A stretch of 62,483 nucleotides of DNA, filler included, from Collodictyon triciliatum (Eukaryota): NCBI GenBank assembly GCA_043381765.1. It is 7 parts of 7 records of this genome, joined end to end, with 100 filler letters (N's around TTAATTAATTAA, not from the genome) between each part and the next. Parts side by side here need not be neighbours in the genome. Positions count along the whole stretch, not along the records: positions 8,678 to 17,261 come from JBHJMP010003378.1; positions 17,362 to 25,927 come from JBHJMP010003379.1; 5 more parts are not named here. One strand, given 5' to 3'. This document shows positions 13,031 to 25,841 of this stretch, in pieces. A program made the position numbers and the translations under genes. Under the pieces are notes generated by a model, which did no database searches, had not been told where the DNA came from, and saw nothing but the letters and a program-made list of their open reading frames with translations. The number at the start of each line of letters is the position of its first letter. Positions within the stretch are counted from its first letter, which is position 1.

Positions 13031-14880
13031 TTGAGAATAGCCCGGCATCCTGATAATATTTGCTGATACTATACTAAAAATTAAATCATAACCTCAATCA
13101 TCCAGGTAGTTGGAATAAATCCTGGAGAAACTTGCTTTTATCGTGGTCATTTAAAAGCTGGGTGACCGAGTATTACAAACCCTACTGGCCTCGACATACT
13201 GGTTCTGAACAGATATATGAAAGATTTTGTTCAACAAATTGCTCAAGCATGTGAAGAAAAAGGATTATTAAAAACATCAATAGCAATAATAACAATAACA
13301 ATAAAAATTAAAATAATGCTGAGACACTCATTCAACTAAAGAGAACCATTTATCATCGCATAAGTCGATAGTATTGTTTTTTTTTTTTTCGTCATCGTTC
13401 GTGGCGCTTCTCACGTAATCAGACTGAGATTGTGAACCTTCAGAAGGAGATTATTAATCAAGGATTTAAAAAATTGTTCGACACAAAATCGTATGATACT
13501 CACGCTCCTTTTCCTCGCTTAATAATTGATATGAAATGTTATCATATCTTATTTGAGATATTTGCCTCCTGTTATTTTTATACAATTTGCTCTTTTTGAA
13601 TCACAATAAAGCAAATCCTGTCCAAGTGAATAGGATTACAAAGCCCATTTGTCATTGTGCATGGTTTATGTACATGGCTTTAATTAAAAAGGAAAATTGG
13701 GAGGAAATCTATAAAGATCAGAAATACATTTAATTAAATAAAAAGCGCTTTATTCACTTTTTTAATTGTGAATTCTTTTAGTGATTACAACTAATAATAT
13801 GCTTACACGTAGTTTTCACCAAATTATGCTGATTCTGATCATACGCTAAAGTAGGTGTAATTTTATTCCTTTTTTTCTTATGAGTGACGATACCAAGTAT
13901 ATTTACATCAATCCTTTTAATATTTACGATACCACTCTTTAATAATATGCTTAGGATTTCACTGGGGCGCGGGTGACTGGTAAAACCATACCGACGGTCA
14001 TTGTATCTGACTGAACGGCACTGATTCTGATTGGGAATAAGGCTTATGCAACAGTTTTATTTTACTTTTGACTGATAATATTTTATGTTTATGGCAGTTC
14101 TTATGGTGCTCAAGATGCAGGATTAAAACTTTTTTATGATTCTATGTGATTTCTTAGTTGTGTTTTTTCTTATATATTGTTCAAGTTTCGGCAGGCACCT
14201 GGCAAAGCCGGTATAAAATATGCTAGTGCAATTCATAAAGCTGAAGTCTTGGCACAAAGGAAAATAATCGAAAGACTCGTGAGATTAGTGCAGTCCGTAT
14301 CTAGTCGCGTGAATTATTCGAATCATAATACCTGTAATCAACTGAAAGTATCGAATCGCTTTACAAAACACAATGATTACCCACTCGTGAAAGATGCAAA
14401 AAGGGCTTCAAGTGCGAATCTCATTTACACGAACAATTTTATTATAAAAAGAATGACTCACTTTCCATTTTCCATTTGCCGTTTTGTCAAATTAAAACCA
14501 CTTGCATGCGGCTAAACTCGACCTGGTGAGTTCCCAAGTCAGACAAACGCACATAATAAATCCCACATAAGGTTCCATTATAGGAAGAATTCGCTGGCAA
14601 AAGTGGGATACTAAAGCTCCACCCTGTCAAAATCACTGCTGCCTTGCGCTCTTTGTTTTTTTCTCGCTACCTCGTCACGCGTCATTCATTCGCAACGCAC
14701 TTTCTTTTCTCTGTGCGCACAACTGCACTGCTATCACTCGAGCAACGCCCATTCTGTGTGACTTGTCAAGTGCACTCACAAAAAAAAAAAAAAAAATGAT
14801 GTGTAATGCACTGACTCACAACCAGTCCACCCATCCACACAGCCCACCAGAACCCATCCAGAACGCCCACTCCTGTCACA

Positions 14881-16357
14881 ATGGCCGGCGAGGCTGCGCT
14901 TTTGAAGGAGGCTCGAGAAATCACCGGCTATGCCGACATCGCCTCTTTAAAAAACTCTACGAGTCTGGATCTCCAATTCAAAAACCTGGTGTCCTTTCCT
15001 CGTGGTATTTTTTTGTTTACTGGTCTCACGCATCTCAATGTTGGAAGCAATCAGCTGTCGTCGCTCCCTCCAGATATATCGTGTTTGACTGGTCTCAGTC
15101 GTCTTGGTGTTTGGAACAATCAGTTGTCATCGTTGCCGGCACAAATATCATGCTTGACTGGTCTCATAGAACTTTATGTTTATGACAACCAGCTGTCATC
15201 GCTCCCTCCAGATATATCGTGTTTGACTGGTCTCAGTCGACTTGATCTTGATCGCAATCAGCTGCCATCACTACCTCCACAAATATCGCGTTTGACTGGT
15301 CTCGAATGGCTTAATGTTAGCGACAACCCTGTATGTTTTTATTCATTTGTTATTACTATATTTATTCATACAGAAAAAGAAAGTAGCTGACAGCAATGAA
15401 CGCAGATGGAGGAGCTTCCTCCACAAATCACAGCGCTCACGAAGTTGATAAGGCTCTACATCAAAGACTATGGTACACAGACAATAAAGAGAGCGCCGAA
15501 AGGCATCAAAAAACTCCCTTGCTGGAAGTTCAACGGTTCAAGTGCTCTGCAACTGTACGAAACTGTAAGTAGCTGAAACCCCTTTTGGATTATACGTGGG
15601 TAGTCTTATCAAATATGCGTGTAGATCGACTCAATTGCACAGCCAGGATGGACCCCAAGCGAGAAGCAAAGCAGGTTCCAGTCATTAAGTTTGTACGGAA
15701 TGAGTCTAACCGCACTGCCGGAGAGCATATCGCTTTTGCAAAACCTGACTTTTTTGTGCCTTGGAAATAACAGAGTAATTTTTTTCTCATGTAATATTCT
15801 CTGGCTCATTTCTTGATGGCAATCTACACGATTTAGCTAACAGAGCTTCCCGAAACTATTTGCTGCATTACTTCGCTTGTGAGGCTCGACATATCGCTCA
15901 ACGAGGTTGGGGAAAAAAGTGCTATCACCTCCGAACAGTTGTTTTTTTTTTAAAAAAAAAAAGAAATGAAAAGAAAAAAGAAAAGGAAAGAGCTATGCAC
16001 TCAGTCTTTAAATAACCATTGAAGAGTATTTTTACATTCATCGAATCAGCTAACTAGCATTCCGGAGACCATCAACCAACTCTGCTGTCTTGAAGTGTTG
16101 GATGTAAAAAACAATAGAGTAAGACAGAACGCAAATATATCGATGATTGAACAGCAGATGTTAAATCTTCCTGATAACTCGCTTGTGTTGTATCTTTTTC
16201 TCTTAGCTTCGCTCATATTATCTAGGACATTTGTAATTTAAGCAAAAACAAAAAACAATAGATTCTGCAACTTCCGACATTCCACGCGAATTCAGAAGTC
16301 GTTCGTTCTGACGGGGCTACTGGGGAGGGAAACCAGGCGAAGTGTGCGCTATGCTAG
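14881..16357 (+). CDS. Leucine-rich repeat protein (LRR2) with C-terminal CaaX, 6 exons; paralogue of LRR1
   Basis: Exons 14881-15330, 15407-15565, 15643-15774, 15838-15906, 16050-16118, 16262-16357; ends ...NQAKCALC*. Shares with LRR1 the N-cap SFPRGI, the island exon (xEExPPxIxAL...LPCW...YE|gtaag) and intron positions. Confidence 0.88.
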
Positions 16358-16599
16358 GTACAATCTACCCTCCTATTACCATCCAAAATGCACTGCACGA
16401 TTCATAAGATTTTAAAAACAATTATCGATTAGGGAGCGCATCATCACCAATCACTCATCTGCACATTGGATGTAAATCACCTATGAAAGATTTCTTCTAT
16501 CAACTCCTTTATTTTTCTCTTCACACATTGTAAATCTATCCTTTGATGTCTCCGCATACGTTTCTCCCTCTTGAATGAGAAAAAAGAATAAAAATGTGA

Positions 16600-17261
16600 A
16601 GGGCTGGTTTAAGTGTGTCGAAGGCCTTGCAAGCTGCAGCCAGTTCTTCTGGTTCCAACACTGGCGCGGAAAACCCCCGAGTTTCAAGTAAGTCAGGAAA
16701 CCCGTGCAAGGAAGCCGCCTGCAAGTCTGTCTGATCGCACAGTATTTTTGCACGGTGTCAAGCAAGTCGTTTACAACAAGAACAAGGCCCGCAGGCTCAC
16801 CGATGCGCTCGCCTCCTTCTTGAAAGCGAACAAACTTTGGGAAGAGTCCATCCAATTGCGCTTACTGGACAGCGAAAGCCTTTGCCTGATTGCCTTCCGC
16901 ACTGCAGAGAACGCCCGAAAGCTTCTGGAGCTGAGGCAGGTAAGTTTGAGCGATATTATGAGCAGCTTCAGCAGAAGTAAACCAACAGAGACCTCGGTGA
17001 TGCTCTACCAATTACCGCTGGACGTATGGCCGCAACTCCTTCGTGAGGAGCTGAAGCCGTTCAGACCGACCCACGTGGAGATAAAAAAAGGACAAAGGCT
17101 TCTTCACAGACACGGCCGTGGTGAAGCTTCTTTGTCACAAGAACCAGCTCCCTGCAAAGTTTACGGTCATGGGCAAAAAGTGTCCAAAGCGCATCCTCAA
17201 AGAGTATCCACCAGCCGCGAACAACGAACGACAAGTAAAAGCCCCACAAAAGAATACACCA
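16600..17261 (+). mobile_element. LINE (L1/Tx1-like) ORF1 fragment, cut by contig end
   Basis: Intronless GC-richer ORF with two RRM-like modules (RTVFLHGV...CLIAFRT; TSVMLYQLPLDVWPQLLREELKPF...GFFTDTAVVKL) and a frameshift in an A7 run near 17085. Resembles Tx1/L1 ORF1. Confidence 0.6.
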
Positions 17262-17361
17262 NNNNNNNNNNNNNNNNNNNNNNNNNNNNNNNNNNNNNNN
17301 NNNNNTTAATTAATTAANNNNNNNNNNNNNNNNNNNNNNNNNNNNNNNNNNNNNNNNNNNN

Positions 17362-17545
17362 AAAAAAAAAAAAAAAAAAAATAAAAAAAAAAAAAAAAAA
17401 AGCAACAAAAAAAAGCAATAAAAAAAGCAATAAAAAAAGCAATAAAAAAAAGCAATAAAAAAAAAGCAATAAAAAAAGCAATAAAAAAAGCAATAAAAAA
17501 AGCAATAAAAAAGCAATAAAAAAGCAAAAAAAGCAATAAAAAAAA
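17362..17545. repeat. poly(A) plus (AAAAAAAGCAAT)n
   Basis: Direct reading. Confidence 0.93.
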
Positions 17546-17844
17546 GTATGACACAAAATAATGGATTCGAAGTGTGAGAATAACAGCCTATATCTCCTTC
17601 CCTTTTTCTATTGTGGAAAGATTATTATTTTTCTTTTGCTCGTTGTTTCTGTTTTCCTGCTGACTTAATGGCGAACCGAAATCCCACTCAAACCATATCT
17701 CTCCAACGCAACAGATGCAGCCGCGCTCAGCAGAAAAAAGAAACAAAAGCGCCACTTCGACAGACTCTTTTTGCCTTCACCCGTCCACTTATTGATCACT
17801 TATATTTTCTTGTGCGCAATATCACAGCCTCCCTACGCGGCAGA

Positions 17845-20800
17845 ATGGGGCTCTTTTCTCGCAAAAAGGATAAAGCAGACACGCAGTCCGAAACGAATAC
17901 AACACCACGGAAATCTCCAGTCGATGCAAACGAGGCGGCCTCGCAACAAAGCTTCTCAGCAAGTCAAATGCAATTACCGAGTAAGTCTCTTTTTTCCTCT
18001 TCTCATCATTTTTTTCCAACCCAATTCTTCCGGGGTTCTCTGTTCTCGTCCAACGCGTGTACCCGGTATGTCTTGGAGCATTAGTCATTTCTTTTTTTCT
18101 TTACTTTATGTCCTTTTCTTTTCCTTTTGCCAGACCTTATGCTAGCGGCAATCAAATACAATCGATTGGATCATATATCAACTCATTCTTACGTGAATTT
18201 ATTTAATATTGTCTCAGTAACCACAAAGATTTGCCGTCACACAGTTCACAATTTATATTGCACTTAATTTTTTTTTTTTATGATTGCACCGAAAGAATTG
18301 CACAATTCAAACCTTTTAAATGTGATATCTAAATACTTTACATCAATTAAGGACCAATGATAATTGTAATAATCGCATTTCATCATAAAGCTGGTTTCTT
18401 TATGAAAATATCTAATTATTTTTAAACGACAATATCAGTTGGATTCCGATCCAAACTTTCTTTTGGCTCCCCGCTGGATCAGCTCGAGATTCACAAAGGC
18501 GGAGCGGATGCCGGTGTCCCTGTCTTAGTTGTCATTATGGTCGAGTACCTCCGTCAATTCGGTTTGTCTGGACGAGCCTATCTAATTAATCCTATAAGTA
18601 TTAATAATTACATGCATATGTTCCTTGTAACCATTCTAGAGAAACGTGTCAATTTTTATCTTGGTGATATAATTTAAGTTTTTAAATCTAGGAATGAACA
18701 CACAATTATTGACATCTTCTGTGGTGAATCGCCACGATGTGGAAAGTGCGCGTGACCATCTTATTCAAAGTAAAAACCAAGTACCATGCAATAACCACTC
18801 TTTTATCTATCTTTGTCTCACTGACAATATGGACTAATATTGAAAAGCACTGAATTAATGTTCGCTGGCCAAAATGTATTATGCAGATAGATCCATTCGC
18901 TATCGTGAAAACCCTATTGTGGTGTTTGGATTGTTGCGTCTCTTCTTACAACAATTACCAATCCCACTTATCCCATACGATTACTTTGAAAAAATGATGC
19001 TCTTCCCAGGTTGACAGTATTCTAGAATTATTGAATGAAATTTACTATTCATATGGCTTTATCACCCTATCATTCATCCTGTAAATCTCCAGAAACGGTG
19101 GATGATGAGCACTTCAATAAAGTCAAAAAATGCATCAAATCTATTCCTATGACGCATTATTTTACGTTCAAGTGCATTATGAAATTTCTTGGGGAATTGA
19201 ATGGTTTTAGGTTGAGAACCCACCAGAAACAAGAAGATATTTGTAAGTAAATTTTGGTAACATGTCGATAAAGTGGATCAACTATATACCCTTAAAAGAA
19301 ACAAAAGCATGCAGAATGCATACCGAGAGTATTTTTTTGCCCATTTTTTCTTTATTTGATGTCATGGAGAAAACTAGAGGTAAAATATGATAGCCACTAT
19401 TATCATTTTTTTTGAAAAAAATACAAACATCAGCTCAAAATATCGTCGAAATCATCACGCATATTCCACGAAGCGATATGTCAGCATATCAAAGCAGAGT
19501 CGATTTCATCAAAAAAATATCCGAGATGGTCCTGTTGCATTACGACACTTTCTTTGAGGTTCGCTTATGTCTTCAATTTTGCCACTCGATGCAAGACTAT
19601 GTCACTTACCAGTGCCTAATATTATGTTGAACTTTATTGTGTAAATTTTATACACAGATATATCATTGCAAATTTGTATAATATATCTAAATATACTTTT
19701 CCTTAATGAATTCATGTCTATGACTCAAGGTGGAAGTATTCAACCCAGTTCCTTCGTCAACCCCAATGGGAGGTTCCTTAAACCGATCCCATGCCTCTCC
19801 CCGAACCTCATTATTTGGGGATACGTCCCTCGCACTGATGGGATTCACAACAGACCCTGAGCAGTTTGTTCCAGGAAGCGTGTCAAAATCTGATGTAATT
19901 GTATATTTGACGCTTGATTGCATCTGTACTGAATCTAGATATCAACACACATTGAAAGAAACATTCAATTTCTAGCAAGCATATATATCTCAATTAGGAG
20001 TGCAATATTAGTGATTTTCTAATTATTGTTATTATTATCATTTGCACTGAGTGACATCCTTTTTTTTTATCACATCATGGTTGCAATTTTAGTATTATCA
20101 CTAACATCTCGCATGAAAATTTATCTTTAGTCTTTTTCCAAACCACCCCAATACCCGCACACCTCATCGAACCAAAACTCGGTACTCGTAACGAGGCAGA
20201 ATTCGACCTTGAGTCTGACGCAAGGTGTTAGTGGAAATCCTGACGGCGTAACTTCCTCATCGCCCAGACAAACTGTTGAACACAATTTACCCCCAAATCC
20301 TTCATTGAAAAACGTATCAGCCATACAAGTGCCGTCAAAAACTCATGCACAACCAGAAATTCGACCTCAACTAGATACGCAGATGCAATTACAACCATCC
20401 ACATCACATGGAACAGATGGTATAGCACCACCACAAAACCAGTCAGATATACAGCCGCTTAATTCTACAGAGCCAACATATCAACCCTTCGCTCAATCAC
20501 AAGCATACTCTTATGGCCAAGTACCAAACGCAGCACAATCACAACAAGTGCAAATCAAAGTTCAAGACCAACTTCAATCGCCAGTCCATTATTATCCGCA
20601 AACTAAGCTCAGCACGAAACATCAGACGCCGAAATCTGCGATGATTCCGAGCCACATTCCTCCGCTTCATCAATCACAGATACAAAACTACTCAAATTCC
20701 ATACAAAAGATTGAGTCACCACCTTTCGCATTCAAGAAGCATACAGATCCTGCAAAATATTCTGGTAAGCTATCATTTGCGAGCATTGATGTATTTTTTT

Positions 20801-23328
20801 TCAAGTGCTTATTTGATACAAAGACTTGGGAATACTTCATATTTGATGCCGAATTTTTAATTTAATTTAATCTCTTTCTTTTTTTTTCGCAGAATTTTCT
20901 GTCGTTGCAGACCATGTGGCCAGACAGGCATTTGATGAGCAGACCATTGTACAGATTTCTAATCCGGTCCGCCGAATTCAACGACACAACTCGGGCGAAC
21001 ATGAAATCGAGCCAAACTACGCATACCGAAGTGTCCATGACTATCAATATGGAGGGAACGCTGTACCTATAGCCCCAGGACCACAAATGAGCCGCAAGTC
21101 CAGCGCACGTTCCTTAACGGCGTCTATGGATTCCTCACCTTCTCCTTCACCAACATTACGAGGCGGATGGAAGCCAAAGCCTAGGTCAAAGTCGCCATCG
21201 CCCACAAGTGCCAATCCATCCCCTCCAGCGGTCAAATCCCCTCCACATCCAAAGGAAGTCAAATACCATCGCCCAGATACAGAGGATGCCGCAGGAGTGG
21301 ATATCCATTCAAAGTCTGATATCCCCCATCAACAAAGCGATGATAATAAAGCTGGCACCAGAGTCCATACAGAAAAACATCAATTACAACCCAGGCATCA
21401 TCCAGAGTCACTTGACGGTGTTGTAGAAATTTATATGAGACAGGTCGAACATCTGCAAAGAGAAAACGAAGAATTACGTGCAATGACCAATCAATTGATT
21501 GGGATGAAGGATGAAAAGCACGCTTTAGACGCGGGTAGAAATGATGGGCAAGACAAAGGGACAAAAAATCGTCAAGTGAAATTTGATGACATGTTTGGAG
21601 ATAACGCAGATGCAGATTTACTTGGACTTCCAAATCTCGGGGATGACCACGTTTTACTTCGCAGAGCCCATGAAAAGGAACAAATCCCCTCTAGAGATTT
21701 TGAGCACCAGGTATCAATGAGTCCTCTCGAACAATTTTTTGTACAAAGACTTAAAGTTAATAATATTACCTTTCATATCAAGATGAACCATAATAGAATA
21801 ATTAAGTCGAAGTATTGTAACATAAGCAAATTTCAAAAAAAAAAAGGCTTTTCTTCTCAAGCTCAGAGTGGCTCGTGACACAAAAACAATCCAAGAGTTG
21901 ACTTCTCGAGTACAAAGCTCAGAAAAATCTATTCTCGAGCTCCATCATGAGGTATAATCCGAAGAATAAAATTTTCCTCCTATACTAAATTTAAGGAAAG
22001 GGAGGTTTTTTTTCTACCAAGCGGGAATAATATTTACCTTCATACCATCTAATTTGATCGCATTATTTTTTCTCATGAAGACTGTTGTATAATCATTTTC
22101 AAGATCGAGGATTTAATCAATCAACGATATTCAGCCGAAAGAATGTTTCGAGAATCCGAGCGTGAAAAGCACGCAATCGCCAACGAGCTTCAACAAGAAA
22201 GGTCTGCCTTAAATGGAAAAAAATCTGGACATACTTCCTTTTCTTTAAATTAAGCCGTTCATTTTTTTTTTTTTTGTTTTCCACTTTGTATTTTTTTTAG
22301 TGGCGATTCTCTGCATAGGACATACGAAATAATGATAATAGTAAGCTGATTTACCTTTATTTGTTTTAAAAATAATATCAGAATCTTGCGTGTAAAACTG
22401 GAGACCGAAATTCGAAGCTTGCACGAGAGACTCGGTGATGCGCAGTCGTCACAACAGGTCCTCATTTTCAAAGACAAACTTAGCACCCAGGCTAAACCGC
22501 ATGCAACCAGTGAAGGCGAGTCTCTTCCTGCTTACAAGGTGAGTTGTTTCATCATATTATCGAAGTATTGCACCAAAAATTGATTTCGAGAGTATCTATC
22601 TATCTATCAATCTATCAATCTATCAATCTATCAAATAATCTTATCCAACAGAGTTTGAAGGCGGTTTCCTCGGCTTTGTTTTCTCTCAATAAACTGTTGA
22701 AAATCTTATCCAACAGAGTTTCCAACCAAAAGCGAGCAATCCCAAGAAAGGAAACCACAGACGCGATGAAATCTCTGACGAAAGTAACGATGAAGACCAA
22801 AAAGGAACAGACGACAGTGACATCGCTTTGGAAGAACCGACAGGCGGACCGCAGCAAAGACGACTGCAGCAGAAAAAACAGCAGGAGCAACAACAACACA
22901 AGAAGGAAAAAAAGTCACAGGAAATGGTGATGTCCCGCCAGATTCGAAACTGTCCGCCAAGCAAAGACAACCTTGCAAATGACTTCAAATCAATCGCCGC
23001 ATGGAAAGAACATGACCGACATATCGCTACGAGCAAAGTTACATTCCAACTTGCACCACCACCACCACCCGAGAAAAAGACCCGACCAAGCACAGAAATC
23101 AAAGCTGGCTCCAACAGCCATAACATAGTATCGTCCGTGACAACAGCATCAACTCCTGTATCCACAAGGACAAAGACAAACACACAACTCCACCAAAGCC
23201 CAAGCTCAGCAAAAGCAACCCGTGTCGGCCCACCAGAGACTGAGCACCAGCGCTTTCTGCGGGAAACGCGAGATCTGATTCGACAGCAGAGCCAGCGCCT
23301 TTCTCGCATGCATCTCGACCCTACTTAG
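17845..23328 (+). CDS. RhoGAP-domain protein (degenerate catalytic site) with Pro/Ser/Gln-rich linker and coiled coil, about 13 exons
   Basis: Spliced: MGLFSRKK...SFGSPLDQL...GVPVLVVIMVEYLRQFGMNTQLL...IVVFGLLRLFLQQLPIPLIPYDYFEK...IKSIPMTHYFTFKCIMKFLGEL...VLLHYDTFFE (RhoGAP pattern), then low-complexity and coiled-coil exons. Confidence 0.8.
22637..22721 (+). mobile_element. 45-nt insertion flanked by a 20-bp direct repeat containing the splice acceptor
   Basis: AATCTTATCCAACAGAGTTT at 22637-22656 and 22702-22721; the insert carries AATAAA near its 3' end. Confidence 0.65.
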
Positions 23329-23696
23329 CCAATCAGCAAACTCTCGGTGCTGCACAACGTTTGGACTCTGCTGCAGCAGATTCGAATCCACTCGCTGCCG
23401 CATCCCTCGTTTTGACATGTGTCCGAGAACCCACCGCAGAAGCCTCATCGCTTGACAAACTTCCATTCTCTCCCCTCATTCCAAGTTTTGCCATACCGAT
23501 CAGAAAGAAAAAGGCATGCGTGAATATATTTTCTTCCATTCTTCCTGATACTCGTTTCGCTTCGGGCTTGTCTGTAAATAGATAACTGTCACAAATAAAA
23601 ATAAAAATAAACAACTTGCCTGTCACTGCAGCCGATCTCCTTCGACAACCTCTCTGACACAATCCCCTCCCCTTTCTTTTGCGCCTATCAAACAGA

Positions 23697-25656
23697 ATGA
23701 GCAAAGCGGCTTTGTCGCCGACTATGCCCGTCCATCAAAACACCCTGATTCTGCACACTTGCAAGTGCAGCTCACGCCAACGATCGCAAACAACGACTCC
23801 GACACTGGGCACGTTCATCCTGGCCAATCCACTTGCGGGCTCCGAGGAATGCGTGCTGCTTCGCTCAAGGCCAAAGAGGTCCGCACAGGCCGCACAAAAG
23901 TCCCCGCTAAGCGATCACTTTTGCTGCGCCGCACAAGGCTGCCTGCTTCTCAACAGCAAAGGCTTCACTCTCTTTCTCATCGATCAGGCCCACGATCATG
24001 CGCTGCTTCCGCTGCCGCTCTCTCCAATGGGCTCTCCTTACGCGCCTCTCGCCAATCCATCACCCCTGCTTCATCATCAGCATCAAATCCATTCCGTGTA
24101 TTCATCACCGATAGCATCGCCGAACGGCCCTTTGTCACCGTATTCATCTCCCTCTGTCCCGCCACGAACCTATCTCCCGCCATCACCGCCGATTCGTACG
24201 CATAAGAAAGAAACCTGCTCGCTTAGAGTGCTGAACCTGGATAATAATTCCATCTCGCAGCTTCCTGTCGGCTTGTCTCAGCTCTGCTCTCTAGAACGAA
24301 TTATTCTCAGCAACAATCGCATCTCAGACTTCCCTGAGGATTCCTTCAAGTATATGTCAAACTTGACGATGCTGTCTTTCAGAAAAAACTGCGTTACAAG
24401 TCTTCCATCGTCCATTAGCGGTGCTTTCAACCTAAAGCAGATGGCCGCTGATGGCAATTGTCTTTCGAGACTTCCTCGTGAGTTTGCCCTCTTGTCGTCT
24501 TTGCAAGTGCTGTCGATGAACTACAATCAATTACCTGAAATCCCAGAGCCGCTCTTTGCTCTGTCTTGTCTGCAGGAATTGAACCTTGGACACAATCAGA
24601 TAAATACCATCCCGGACCAGATCTCCATGCTCCGCACTCTTTGTATTCTAAATTTAAAGCATAATGCAATCCCGTGTATCAAAGTATCAATGGCTCATTT
24701 GGTTCGCCTCCAAAAACTCTTCCTGGGAAACAACATGATTACATCGCTCCCTGCAAACATGCTTTATTCAAAGTTGAATGCTTTATCTATCCTCTCTTTG
24801 CAAAACAACCTAATTTCCACCATCCCACCATCGCTTGCTGGGTTGAAAAACTTGAGAGACCTCAAACTTCATGAAAATCGCATTTCGTCAATACCACAGA
24901 CATTCAGTCGCTTGACGTCATTAAAGACAATCAGTTTTATGGTACGTGCGATTTTTATATTATTTTCCCTTTGTTTGATGGAAAGTGGATTTCGGTGCAT
25001 CAAAATTCACCTTACATTCCTTTCTTTTTCTAAAAAAAAATAGAAAAGACATGGCTTAAATACCATTTATTCACAAAATGCTTGGTTTCATAGAACAACC
25101 CTCTGAAACAACCCGATATCCAATTGGCTTGCTTCGGGAAGGACTCAATCATAAATTATGTATCAAGTAACTCGGGATGTGATTTCTACGATTACGGTTC
25201 TGGTACGTTACTCGATACCATGATTTTTTATTTTTATTTTTAGAAAAAAAGCATCAATCAGAAATGAAAGAAATCGTATGATATTCGATTTACTCATCAT
25301 TGTTCATGACCCATATTTGTCACTTATTACTTTTAATATAGGGTACAATGAATACAACCCGCCACCACATGATATGCAAATCAATTTTGACGAAATAAAA
25401 GATTTAAAGGTTCGTTTTGTTAGTCATAATTACTCATTTATGTCTCTAAATTTCCGCTCGCATAAAAAAAAATATCCTGGCGTGTATGTGTATCCGATTA
25501 AAACTATGCCATATGAAGGAATTTGCAGATGCCAGAACTGCAAAAATTCAGCTTGGTCTATGGAAGGATCTTAAGGTAGTCATCAAACTGTTCAATCACG
25601 GCTTAAACTTGGAAAAATTGACCGTGGAGTTTGCTCGCGAGTTTGAGATTCTGAAG
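23697..25656 (+). CDS. LRR + TKL-type kinase-domain protein, 3' part lost at contig end
   Basis: Pro/Ser-rich N-terminus, about 11 LRRs (24220-24941), cap exon NNPLKQP...GKDSIINYVS, then MQINFDEIKDLK|EFADARTAKIQLGLWKDLKVVIKLF...EFAREFEILK (kinase subdomains I-III). Confidence 0.8.
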
Positions 25657-25746
25657 TATGAACGTACCTTCTTTCTTCGATATAACTGGGCCTTTATGTG
25701 TATACGAATACTTAAATGCGCACAACTCTTACTTAAACTAGACACA

Positions 25747-25748
<2 letters not shown>

Positions 25749-25841
<93 letters not shown>
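25749..25841. repeat. (TTA)n microsatellite
   Basis: Direct reading. Confidence 0.97.

Noticed and set aside
23340-23402. TTCGAATCC as a tRNA T-loop
   Set aside because: No cloverleaf arms or A-box could be built around it.
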